DNA from: Bacteroidales bacterium
Lineage (GTDB): Bacteria; Bacteroidota; Bacteroidia; Bacteroidales; UBA4181
DNA length: 64,000 bases
Direction: 5' to 3'
Assembly (NCBI GenBank): GCA_031547085.1
Contig: JAVBSH010000128.1
Span: 39,632-103,631, forward strand
A program made the translations under genes and the position numbers. Positions 19,631-28,106 of this stretch are shown here, in pieces. Numbering within the stretch: the first letter of the stretch is position 1; each line of letters begins with the position of its first letter. The notes beneath the pieces are model-generated. The model made no database searches. It was given only the letters and a program-made list of their open reading frames with translations, and was not told the origin of the DNA.

Positions 19631-19733
19631 CTGGTTATAATTTTATTTTTTTAAGGTCAGATGGAATGTCCATGGATAATTATTACGGTTGGTGCACGTT
19701 AATGCATGGACATTTCATGGTGATATGGTTTTA
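19631..19733 (-). repeat. Conserved intercistronic element, copy A (second copy at 43046-43180)
   Basis: It fills the whole gap between the two barrel paralogs. By eye it shares blocks with copy B: CTG(G/T)TTATAATTTTAT, TTTTAAGGTCAGATGGAAT, CCATGGATAAT(T/C)ATTACG(G/A)TTGGTG(C/A)AC and CATGG..ATTTCAT. It contains the 10-bp inverted repeat AATGTCCATG/CATGGACATT. Confidence 0.6.
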
Positions 19734-20528
19734 ATGAAATTGGATTCCGATGGACAATGGAGGCAAATCCATTGGTATGACATCCTTATTGAACACATCG
19801 GTAAAACGGTAATGAGCAACAATGGCTATCTTGTTCCATCCCAACCGGACGCAGGCGGATGCATTGAACGGGTTAAAAGCGTAACCGTCGCGGTACTTCT
19901 CTTTGCCGTGCGAATTCGATTTGGTTTTGAAAAACCGGCTGTACGAAAAATCCCCCTGGACACCGCAGTCGATATACAATCCGCTGGTATTCGTGTGTTG
20001 TTTCGCCGGCGCTAAGTAGAAACGGGTATACAAGCCTGCCCCGATATTATTACTCCTGTAAACCTGCTTAGATAAACTGTTTGCCTCGATAGTGTGACCA
20101 ATTACCTCGTTTGCAAATGCAGGACTTTCGGTAAGATCTTTCATCCGATAATTATAAAACGAGTATTGCAAAGTTCCCAATAGCGAAAAATGGCGGGTGA
20201 CACGGTAACGTTCCTGTAAGCCGATATCCAAATGATACGTATTGCCGCCCCATATACGGTAATAATCATCGCTATGTTCGGGAACCATAAAACTGACGCC
20301 GATATAGCAATTCGACCGGAAATAATGGTTTTTGACCTTCTTTTTATCATTATTGTTGGCATTTTCCTTTATCGGTTCGTTGGTTGTGATTTGGAAAAAA
20401 CGGACAACCGTATCATTTCCCTGCTTCCCGAAATTCATTTCCATATTTCCGATTCTCAGACCGGATTGGGCAATCATTGTCCCTGTTGCCAGGAATGCAA
20501 AATATAATATAAAAATAATCTTCTTCAT
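19731..20528 (-). CDS. Hypothetical secreted protein, probable outer-membrane beta-barrel (paralog B)
   Basis: Signal peptide ...GTMIA|QS. Paralog of 18836..19630 (see that entry). Confidence 0.5.
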   Translation of the reverse strand: MKKIIFILYFAFLATGTMIAQSGLRIGNMEMNFGKQGNDTVVRFFQITTNEPIKENANNNDKKKVKNHYFRSNCYIGVSFMVPEHSDDYYRIWGGNTYHLDIGLQERYRVTRHFSLLGTLQYSFYNYRMKDLTESPAFANEVIGHTIEANSLSKQVYRSNNIGAGLYTRFYLAPAKQHTNTSGLYIDCGVQGDFSYSRFFKTKSNSHGKEKYRDGYAFNPFNASACVRLGWNKIAIVAHYRFTDVFNKDVIPMDLPPLSIGIQFH

Positions 20529-20595
20529 GGTATAATGGTTTTGTTATGAGTGAAAGGCAATGCGTTTGATGCTTCTAATTTTATGAAAAATCAAA

Positions 20596-21126
20596 TTATT
20601 TGCTCGATGTCCCTATTTCGCCGTTCATCACGGCATCAATCAGGGTTTTGTCAATTTTACCGGCCAGATGCATCACTGTTAGCGACGAGCTGGCCGAAGT
20701 GATGAATAGCAAGGCTCCTTGACAATCCTTGCAGTCGGGTTTATTGCGTACATATAGTTCGATCCTTTCGCCGGAGTTTTTCACCTTCATGATTTCTTCA
20801 AAATCCGTTTTCACAGCGGCTTGTAATTCTGCTGTAAGCGCTTCGCGATTGGGACGGCCTTTCCCGTTAGCGCCGTCGTTGAGGGTCAGGATACGCAAAC
20901 CTGTGATCTTCGAAATCAGGTCCTGGGTCTTCTTGTCATTGGTTTTGCCGTTTTTCATCATCCCCAGTAGGGCAGGCGAAATAGTGATAGATTCAACACC
21001 TTCCTTTTCCTCGTATTTGTCAAAAATCTTAAGGATAGGATCGTCTCCGCCTTCCTTTTGTGCAAAAGCACCTGTTGGCATACTGATCAACATAATAGTA
21101 ATGAATATGGAAACTACTCTCTTCAT
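20596..21126 (-). CDS. DUF4252 domain-containing protein
   Basis: Signal peptide ...GAFA|QK. IFDKYEEKEGVESITISPALLGMM...ISKITGLRILT...LTVMHLAGKIDKTLIDAVM matches my memory of the DUF4252 family, which commonly follows ECF sigma genes in Bacteroidetes. Confidence 0.7.
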   Translation of the reverse strand: MKRVVSIFITIMLISMPTGAFAQKEGGDDPILKIFDKYEEKEGVESITISPALLGMMKNGKTNDKKTQDLISKITGLRILTLNDGANGKGRPNREALTAELQAAVKTDFEEIMKVKNSGERIELYVRNKPDCKDCQGALLFITSASSSLTVMHLAGKIDKTLIDAVMNGEIGTSSK

Positions 21127-21208
21127 GTGATTATTTTTTTACAATTCTAATCAATATTGGTTGGGCGTAAGCCCGGTTCAAAAATTTAAAGATTCACAAA
21201 ATGATAAC

Positions 21209-21736
21209 TTATTGGATGGAATTGGCTTCCTGAAACTTATTGCCAACTTCTTCCAATTGTTGGAATGCATCGGATATCTTGCCGAATTGTTGCAACGATT
21301 GATTGCCTTCCTGCACTTTCTCGAAAGCTGCCATGCTGTTCCTCGCCTTTTGCATGGAAGCGGCCAGTTGTTGCAGTTTACCTTCGGCCGACTCCATGGC
21401 TGCGGTTTCATCGTAGATGCGATGGCCGTCCACATAATAGGCATATTGGTCTTGACGGAGCGTTTTGGGCAATCCCACCAGGAACAGGATGGCAATACAT
21501 GCAGCAACACCTGTGATGATCGCCCAATTCAACCGAATGGTACGTGTTATCGTCTTTGGGGCAGCCGGTTCCACTGTCCGCTCCCCGGCAAAGAATACGA
21601 ATATAGGCTGGTATGCTTTCAGTGAATCAGGCACGTCCTTTCCTGCAAAGAAACGCTGTAATTCGCGTTCTTCGTCCAACGACGTTGCTCCGTCGAAATA
21701 GCGTTGGAGCAACTCATGTATTTTTTGTTCGTTCAT
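21209..21736 (-). CDS. Putative anti-sigma factor / single-pass membrane protein
   Basis: It overlaps the sigma gene stop by 4 nt. The N-terminal cytoplasmic helix is MNEQKIHELLQRYFDGATSLDEERELQRFFAG, there is one central TM (WAIITGVAACIAILFLVGL), and the C-terminal part is a periplasmic coiled-coil. No zinc-finger anti-sigma motif is present, so the assignment is by position only. Confidence 0.5.
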   Translation of the reverse strand: MNEQKIHELLQRYFDGATSLDEERELQRFFAGKDVPDSLKAYQPIFVFFAGERTVEPAAPKTITRTIRLNWAIITGVAACIAILFLVGLPKTLRQDQYAYYVDGHRIYDETAAMESAEGKLQQLAASMQKARNSMAAFEKVQEGNQSLQQFGKISDAFQQLEEVGNKFQEANSIQ

Positions 21737-22233
21737 ACCTTCATTTGTTTTAAAAGTTCTTCACGTATCTTTTGCCGGGCACGCGACAGGTTGGTTCGCA
21801 CGGCTCCGTCGTTCATTCCGAGTATCTCGCCGATTTCTTCCAACTCATACCCTTCCACATCTCGCAAACGGATCACCATCTGTTGCTGTTCGGGCAGGCG
21901 TTCGATCAAACGCCTCACAAATGCGGCCATATCGGCTTGTTCAACACTCTTGTATGGCGTTTGCTCATGTTGCGTATGGAGGGTTTCGGTCAATTCGGCT
22001 GTTCTGCTGTGCGGCGACCTGACATAATCGAGGCACCGGTTACGCACAGCGCTCATCGCATAAGCTTCCACACTACGCAGGGCATCCAGCTCATTGTGTC
22101 GTTCCCACAATTTTACACCAACTTCCTGGACTACATCTTCGGCCTCGTCCGTTCGCTTGGTATAAGCCAAGGCAAAGCGATACAGCTTCGGGCGCAGATG
22201 TGCCATTAATTGATTAAATCCGGTTTTGTCCAT
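21733..22233 (-). CDS. ECF (sigma-70 family, group 4) RNA polymerase sigma factor
   Basis: 166 aa. Region 2 is EDVVQEVGVKLWE and region 4 HTH is QQQMVIRLRDVEGYELEEIGEILGMNDGAVRTNLSRARQKI. Confidence 0.9.
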   Translation of the reverse strand: MDKTGFNQLMAHLRPKLYRFALAYTKRTDEAEDVVQEVGVKLWERHNELDALRSVEAYAMSAVRNRCLDYVRSPHSRTAELTETLHTQHEQTPYKSVEQADMAAFVRRLIERLPEQQQMVIRLRDVEGYELEEIGEILGMNDGAVRTNLSRARQKIREELLKQMKV

Positions 22234-22293
22234 TCACTTACAACGTTTTTGCCTTGGCTTTCAATGATCGTTATAACGCTTTTTCAAAATGAA

Positions 22294-22318
22294 GACGATG
22301 TACAAAAAGAATTGTTAC
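22294..22318 (-). promoter_or_regulatory. Candidate ECF-type autoregulated promoter (GTAAC-N16-CGTC)
   Basis: The minus strand reads TGTAACAATTCTTTTTGTACATCGTCTTC. AAC and CGT are separated by 16 nt, as in the general ECF -35/-10 consensus, about 60 nt upstream of the sigma ATG (22233). Confidence 0.35.
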
Positions 22319-22739
22319 ACGATCATGATATTTTTCTTTTGAAATATGCATTGAGATGAAATAATTTTACAAATCAGACTGTACAACAGATACTTAAATG
22401 GATCATCTTTTTCCCATACACGACGACGTCATATTAAGTGTCCACCCTTTTTAAGGACAAAAAACCTAAATGACGTAACTGACCTATTGTTTTCAAACTT
22501 AGCGTAAGCGAGCTCGCCGAAAGGCAAACCTGACAGGTCTTTGCTACGAATAAAATCCATCAGGTCTTTGAAAATTAATAAGTTGCGATATAGTTCATTG
22601 TGACCAAGTAAACGGGGGTACGAGTTTACGCGCGGAGACAGCTTTAGGTATCAAAAACGATATTCATATATTGACCTCAAATATTGCCCCAATCTAGGAG
22701 CATTTTCTGACAGTATGTCAGAACTCGTACCCATTCCTG

Positions 22740-22982
22740 CCCCTTCAATTTTTTGAAGCCCGGAGATTGCCATCAAATTTCACCATCAATTTTTTGAAGA
22801 CGAAAGAATGGGTACCTTTTTCCACCATCAACGGACGTTTTGTCAGATAATGCGGACGTGCTACCACCTTCATTTTTTTGATAGTGGAAGATTGCCATCA
22901 GATCCCACTGTCAATTTTTTGAAGCCGGAAACTGCCCCCATTCTGCTACCATCAATTTATTGACGACGAAAGAGTGCCTACC
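22740..22982. repeat. Degenerate tandem array, 6 units of 41-42 bp, each starting C(A/C)CC(A/T)TCAA-T-rich-TTGA(A/C)G
   Basis: The TCAA anchor recurs at 22745, 22786, 22828, 22870 (as TCAT), 22911 and 22952, giving spacings of 41, 42, 42, 41 and 41. Units 1/5, 2/6 and the second halves of 1/4 are most alike. The array abuts the TGA stop (22983-22985) of the dipeptidase gene. Confidence 0.7.
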
Positions 22983-23807
22983 TCAGATCTTATCAATCAA
23001 CTTATAACGTTGTTTTGCTTCGCTCAGCGAGCAGGCGTTGAAATGCCACCATTCCCCGCTGATGCTGCGAAAACCGGCTTGCCACATCACTTGACGAAGG
23101 AGTTGCCTGTTCCGTACCTGATGAACATTCAGCAATCCCTGATCGATTAATTCCTGTTCGTTGAGCGTACCTGCTGCCTTACCAAAATAATCGAATGGAG
23201 TTCCCATATCCAAAGGCTGCAACAAACTGTCGGCCAAGGTCAGGTCTACGGCAGCCCCATAGTTATGAAGGCCGGTCTGGCCGGGTTGCGCCACATAACG
23301 GTGATACTTTGTATCCTTCACCGCATCCCATAAAGCTTGCTGCACAGTCAAGGGACGCATTGCGTCGTACACCAGTAACCGCAAGCCGGGATTCGATTTT
23401 CTCAGAAGCTGTTGCGCTTCGGCCAACATCATAGCCACATCATGCTGTAAATAAGCGCCGTCAATATCTTCATAAAGTACTCTCCCTGTAAAATTATCAG
23501 TCGTTGCATATTTTAACAATATGCCGATGGTACTGTCGATATCATGTATATTTACCAAACGCAAGCTATCTATGATACGGCGTATCCGCGGTTCCGGTGA
23601 ATGTATGAGGCAAGTAGCAGAATCAGGCTTATCCGGTTGTTCGGGAATATGATCAACCTCAGGGCTTACTATTTCCTGTGTCGGACTTATCTTTACCAAA
23701 ACAAGTAACACACATACAATAGAAATGCACAGTATTGCAACTAAATATTTTGTTTTCAATCTATTATAATACAATTGCCGATGTAAAGTTAGTTTATTTA
23801 TATACAA
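22983..23807 (-). CDS. M15 family D-alanyl-D-alanine dipeptidase (VanX/DdpX-like), membrane-anchored
   Basis: N-terminal TM (YLVAILCISIVCVLLVLV). LLVYDAMRPLTVQQALW, GLHNYGAAVDLTL, MGTPFDYFG and GEWWHFN match the VanX-type M15D motif order. Confidence 0.8.
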   Translation of the reverse strand: MYINKLTLHRQLYYNRLKTKYLVAILCISIVCVLLVLVKISPTQEIVSPEVDHIPEQPDKPDSATCLIHSPEPRIRRIIDSLRLVNIHDIDSTIGILLKYATTDNFTGRVLYEDIDGAYLQHDVAMMLAEAQQLLRKSNPGLRLLVYDAMRPLTVQQALWDAVKDTKYHRYVAQPGQTGLHNYGAAVDLTLADSLLQPLDMGTPFDYFGKAAGTLNEQELIDQGLLNVHQVRNRQLLRQVMWQAGFRSISGEWWHFNACSLSEAKQRYKLIDKI

Positions 23808-23996
23808 AAACTACTCGACGATTTATATTCAAAAAATATATCATTTTGCTGAGATGCGCAAAAACAAAGAGTTCTAATGGGATTATATTATCTTTGCATT
23901 TTCGGTAAAAAAAACAAACACATTTTTATTTTTTACGTATACTCTCTTGTGCTTAGATTAAACAAATGGACCAATCAAAATATATAATTCCAGGAT

Positions 23997-26585
23997 ATGT
24001 CGAATGTCAATGAATATGCTGCTGATTCTGACTTTTCAGGGATGCAACATTTTAAGGAAGAACTCGGACGACTTCGGAAACAGATAGAAGACCTGAACCG
24101 GCAGGAGGCAAAAAACCAACACATCATATCGCATATTGCAGATATTGTATTTGTTGTTAACAAATCCGGGATTGTTGTAGATTGTACTATCGGGTACGGC
24201 ACATTTACGGATTTGAGGAAAGAACAAATCACAGGACTTACCATTTGGGATGTGTACAAACTCCTTTATTTGGAAGACTCTTTGTATAAGCATCCAATGA
24301 GTTTTACCGATTTGCCGGTTTTATACCAGGCAGCCAAAGTCGATGAGAAAAGTACGCAAACCATTATGCGGCCCGACGGAGACGTGGTATATACCCAGGC
24401 CGAACATTCGCTTCTGACAGAACACAATGAAAATTTTATATGCATTGCTGTCAGGGACATAACCGCTGAACATGTTCAAAAATACCATCTGGAACGCAAC
24501 CGGGTCCGGATGCGTATGATGGTCAAACAACGCACGGAAGAGTATGATGCGTTGAATCAGGAATTGCTGAAAGTAAATAACGAATTATCCGAACAGATAC
24601 GTGAAAAAGTAAAGGCACAGGACGAACTGGCTGAAATTGTCCGCGCACAAGCGTTTGCCGACAGTGAAAAACGGTTCAGGAGCATTGTCGATAAATTGCA
24701 GGATATGGTGACAGTGGTCGACGAAAAAAATGTGATCACCTACGTCACGCCATCGTGCCAAACCACTTATGGATATGCCGAAGAAGAACTGATTGGCCAA
24801 TCAGCCTACTCCATTATTCATCCCGACGATATTTCCAAGGTGAAAGTATATATGCAGTCGGTGCTGCAATACGAAGAAGTGGCTGATTGCAATTACCGTA
24901 TCCGCAGGAAAAATGGCGAGTGGGCGGAAGTAAAGGTTGTTACCGTCAACATGTCGGTCAATCCGCATATCAACGGATATGTAACAACATATACCGACAT
25001 TACCGAACAGGTGCGGGCACAGCAGCGTATCGAATACAACCTGGCCAAGCAACAGTTGCTCAACCGCATCATGGTGCCCATGCAGAAAAGCGAAAATATT
25101 TCGGATGCTGTCAATGGCGCTATTGCGGAAGTCGGACGTTTTGCCGATGTCGGGAAAGTATTTATATTCGAAAAGTCGAATGACGGAAAATCCACCAGCA
25201 TAACCTACGAATGGTGCAACACGGGAATTGTTCCGCTAAAAAACAAAATACAACAATTATCTACCGATATCTTCAATCCCTGGGCAACCGATTTTTCCAG
25301 CGGTATTATTATTCGTTATCCCGGAATAAAAAACATCAGTTCATATTTGGCAGAAACAATTGCATCGGAAGGTCTGAAAAGTATGATTGCACTTCCCCTG
25401 TTTGTAAACGGGAATTTGTGCGGATACCTCGGTTTTTCCGAATATGGTAACAATCGTAACTGGACACACGAGGAGGAGAGCCTGTTGATCAATTTTGCAC
25501 AGATCATCTCGTCCGTGCTTCAACGGCAAAAGTCGGACAAGGCGCAACATTTGCTCCACCAAGCATTGAGTACGGTTCTCGACAATATCCCCATTCATAT
25601 TTACGTAGTAGACAAGGAAAAACGCGAGATACTGTTTGCCAATCGCGCTGTACGCGACGCCGAAGACGAGCTCGTGGATATCAAACAGAATATGGATGAT
25701 GTGGGGACGCACATCTTTGAACACTACGACCAACAGAACGATAGCTGGACATACCAGATATCGACACCCATCACATGGATTGACGGGCGTTTGGTGTATC
25801 TCCGTACCATCGAGGATATTACCGAACGGAAAAAGATGGAAATAGAATTGCTCAATGCCAAGGAACATGCGGAAGAATCGGATAAGCTCAAATCGGCTTT
25901 CCTGGCCAATATGTCGCACGAGATCCGGACGCCGATGAATGCGATTATCGGGTTTTCGCAGTTGCTTTCTAAAGAAATTACCTCTATTGAATTACAGAAA
26001 TATTGCGGCGTCATCAACGAGAACTGCAATGTTTTGCTTAAATTGATTGATGATATTATCGACATATCGAAAATCGAGGCGGAACAACTGAAAATCAGCC
26101 TTGTGCCATGCAATCTGAACCGCTTTTTGGAAGAGATCAAGAATCATTATCTACAGCAAATGCAGCACTTGTATAAAGATAAGGTCGAATTGGTGGTGGA
26201 TGAACTGCCGCAAAATACGATCATTGCGACTGATAGTATTCGATTACGACAGATACTTGGGAACTTGTTGGATAATGCCATCAAGTTTACCGATAAAGGA
26301 TACATTAAAGTGGGATGCAGTATCCCAGGCGATGGGTTCATCCATTTTTCCGTTACCGATTCGGGTATCGGCATACCTGAAAAACAGCAACAGGTTATAT
26401 TTGAGCGATTTAGGCAACTGGAACAGTTACGTAACCTGAACGGTACAGGCTTAGGATTAGCTATTTCCAAAAGCCTGGCACAAATGCTGGGTGGAAATAT
26501 GGGCGTGCGTTCTATTGTTGGCGAAGGTTCTATTTTCTATTTTACGATCAAATACGAACTGGTACAAGAACAAACGATTTTCTAA
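23997..26585 (+). CDS. PAS/GAF-domain sensor histidine kinase (no receiver domain, no adjacent response regulator)
   Basis: H-box [19 protein letters not shown]-box [13 protein letters not shown]-boxes DSGIGIP / [13 protein letters not shown]. Upstream there are PAS-like ([16 protein letters not shown]...) and GAF-like segments. Confidence 0.85.
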   Translation: MSNVNEYAADSDFSGMQHFKEELGRLRKQIEDLNRQEAKNQHIISHIADIVFVVNKSGIVVDCTIGYGTFTDLRKEQITGLTIWDVYKLLYLEDSLYKHPMSFTDLPVLYQAAKVDEKSTQTIMRPDGDVVYTQAEHSLLTEHNENFICIAVRDITAEHVQKYHLERNRVRMRMMVKQRTEEYDALNQELLKVNNELSEQIREKVKAQDELAEIVRAQAFADSEKRFRSIVDKLQDMVTVVDEKNVITYVTPSCQTTYGYAEEELIGQSAYSIIHPDDISKVKVYMQSVLQYEEVADCNYRIRRKNGEWAEVKVVTVNMSVNPHINGYVTTYTDITEQVRAQQRIEYNLAKQQLLNRIMVPMQKSENISDAVNGAIAEVGRFADVGKVFIFEKSNDGKSTSITYEWCNTGIVPLKNKIQQLSTDIFNPWATDFSSGIIIRYPGIKNISSYLAETIASEGLKSMIALPLFVNGNLCGYLGFSEYGNNRNWTHEEESLLINFAQIISSVLQRQKSDKAQHLLHQALSTVLDNIPIHIYVVDKEKREILFANRAVRDAEDELVDIKQNMDDVGTHIFEHYDQQNDSWTYQISTPITWIDGRLVYLRTIEDITERKKMEIELLNAKEHAEESDKLKSAFLANMSHEIRTPMNAIIGFSQLLSKEITSIELQKYCGVINENCNVLLKLIDDIIDISKIEAEQLKISLVPCNLNRFLEEIKNHYLQQMQHLYKDKVELVVDELPQNTIIATDSIRLRQILGNLLDNAIKFTDKGYIKVGCSIPGDGFIHFSVTDSGIGIPEKQQQVIFERFRQLEQLRNLNGTGLGLAISKSLAQMLGGNMGVRSIVGEGSIFYFTIKYELVQEQTIF

Positions 26586-26591
26586 TTTTTA

Positions 26592-26627
26592 AAAAGCCGT
26601 TGGTACTTTATTCTATCAGCGGCTTTT
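26592..26627 (+). terminator. Intrinsic terminator of the PAS kinase gene
   Basis: AGCCGTTGGTA (26595-26605) pairs with TATCAGCGGCT (26614-26624), 11 bp including two G-U wobbles that work only on the plus-strand RNA. It is flanked by AAAA/TTTT. Confidence 0.6.
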
Positions 26628-26682
26628 CAATTTGTGCCTGTTGATATATGATCAAAAACACGGTTTTAGAAATATACGCATC

Positions 26683-27120
26683 TCAGGCAATGTATAATCT
26701 TTTCTCCATAGCGATATGTGCCATACCAATCTCAGTGAAAATATCGCCAACAGGCGCATAACCACATTTTGCATAAAAACCGGATGCAGTTATCCTTGCA
26801 TGGAGAGTGATCATTGAATATCTGTGCGTGCCGGCATATTGTTCGGCAAATGCCATGATCCCGGTTCCTATATTCTTCCGCTGCCAGTCCGGATGTACTG
26901 CCATCTGGCGTAATTTAACAACTTCGAGGTTTTGCCGGGTCAAGATGCAACATCCGATGATCTGTTCTGCTTCACAACATACAATGAAAACATCATCTTT
27001 TTCCCATTGCAGGTCAAACTCCGAAAAATTCAATCCCCAGGGTTCGCGCAGTACTTTGTAGCGAAGCGCTAACATTTTGTGATAATCGGGACTTCGATAT
27101 GTAATGATGGACAAGTTCAT
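26683..27120 (-). CDS. GNAT family N-acetyltransferase
   Basis: CCILTRQNLEVVKLRQMAVHPDWQRKNIGTGIM contains the acetyl-CoA-binding Q/RxxGxG motif. I chose the ATG at 27120 (MNLSIITY) because the track start 27159 lies inside the gld-operon terminator hairpin. Confidence 0.8.
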   Translation of the reverse strand: MNLSIITYRSPDYHKMLALRYKVLREPWGLNFSEFDLQWEKDDVFIVCCEAEQIIGCCILTRQNLEVVKLRQMAVHPDWQRKNIGTGIMAFAEQYAGTHRYSMITLHARITASGFYAKCGYAPVGDIFTEIGMAHIAMEKRLYIA

Positions 27121-27132
27121 GATACAAACATA

Positions 27133-27160
27133 AACAAAAAAGTGCAGCTTTTGCCGCACT
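27133..27160 (-). terminator. Rho-independent terminator of the porP-gldKLMN operon
   Basis: The minus strand reads AGTGCGGC-AAAA-GCTGCACT followed by TTTTTTGTTTATG. Confidence 0.65.
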
Positions 27161-27195
27161 TTAATTCTTAATTCTCAACTCTTAATTCTTAATTT
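27161..27195 (-). repeat. Heptamer-period array (5 x 7 nt) directly after the gldN stop
   Basis: Minus strand after TAG+G: AAATTAA GAATTAA GAGTTGA GAATTAA GAATTAA (plus strand TTAATTC TTAATTC TCAACTC TTAATTC TTAATTT). Confidence 0.8.
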
Positions 27196-27196
27196 C

Positions 27197-28087
27197 CTAA
27201 TACTCCCAAAGGTCTTGTTCCCAGTCGAATATTTCATTTTCGATCCGTTGTGCTTCATACAAGGCATCCAATCCGGTTGCATATTCCTGAATCGACCGGT
27301 TGTTATACACATTGGCTATCTGGTAGATATGTCCGGAATAACGGCACTGCATGAAGAAATCGTCAAAGGATATGTTTTGCGCATCATTGAAACGGTTGAA
27401 TACCGGATGGCGGGCCAGCACGTTACGTGCTTGGGGCATATACACCCACATGGTTTTCATCATATCTAACGCTCCATCGTCGCTGCCGTCGCGTGAATAT
27501 AGCCGGATGGGGCATATCCCGACAACCATACGGTTCAGTACGGAATGTCTCTTGTCAAAAAATATTTTTTCTTTGACCAAGAACCTCTTGACTTCATCGG
27601 TACGGGGAGGCTGGTTCGTTATTTTCCTTACCAGGTTACCATTTTCGTCAGGTACATCAATCGTGTCAATCTTGGCACCTAAATATTGATGAACTTCAGC
27701 CAAACTGATCTTACTGGAAAACTCATTATAATCATCATTAGGATTATACGGGGTAATTTCACCATTTTCGACGCCCTTCAACAGGAGATTTACCAGGTTA
27801 ACACGGCTACCAATGGGAGCTGTGGGGTAATACAACGGCAAATTCTGTTTTTCGCGCAAATCAATCATACGCCAGACAATCTTCTCGAACACCACATCAG
27901 CCTCCCTGACAGGAGCATAAGGGATTGGTTTCTTGAAAGGAATATTCTCCTTCTGGTATACTTCAATCATGTAATCAACCGCCGTAGTGGATGAGTCAAC
28001 TTTGGCTACCGCCGGTTGTTGCGCCGATAACGTACCGGCAAACACCCATAAACCCAATCCTAAAAATATACTACTTATGCGCTTCAT
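27197..28087 (-). CDS. gldN: Gliding motility / T9SS protein GldN (PorN)
   Basis: It is the last gene of the conserved porP-gldK-L-M-N order. Signal peptide MKRISSIFLGLGLWVFAGTLSA|QQ. I preferred the ATG at 28087 over the TTG at 28114, which overlaps gldM. Confidence 0.9.
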   Translation of the reverse strand: MKRISSIFLGLGLWVFAGTLSAQQPAVAKVDSSTTAVDYMIEVYQKENIPFKKPIPYAPVREADVVFEKIVWRMIDLREKQNLPLYYPTAPIGSRVNLVNLLLKGVENGEITPYNPNDDYNEFSSKISLAEVHQYLGAKIDTIDVPDENGNLVRKITNQPPRTDEVKRFLVKEKIFFDKRHSVLNRMVVGICPIRLYSRDGSDDGALDMMKTMWVYMPQARNVLARHPVFNRFNDAQNISFDDFFMQCRYSGHIYQIANVYNNRSIQEYATGLDALYEAQRIENEIFDWEQDLWEY

Positions 28088-28106
28088 AAATATAACTCTA
28101 CTTATT

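Noticed and set aside
19689-20015. 108-aa plus-strand ORF starting in the intercistronic element
   Set aside because: It starts at a non-ATG codon inside the conserved element and runs antisense to barrel paralog B.
22740-22982. Possible CRISPR array (regularly spaced short repeats); the same question applies to 57757-57966
   Set aside because: The units are contiguous and degenerate, with no unique spacers. The conserved cores are only ~10-19 nt. No cas genes or leader are present in the window. They are better described as tandem repeats.
24036-26470. Minus-strand ORFs within the PAS histidine kinase gene (e.g. 25341..25919, 25724..26140)
   Set aside because: They are antisense shadow ORFs. 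The kinase frame carries the H, N and G boxes.
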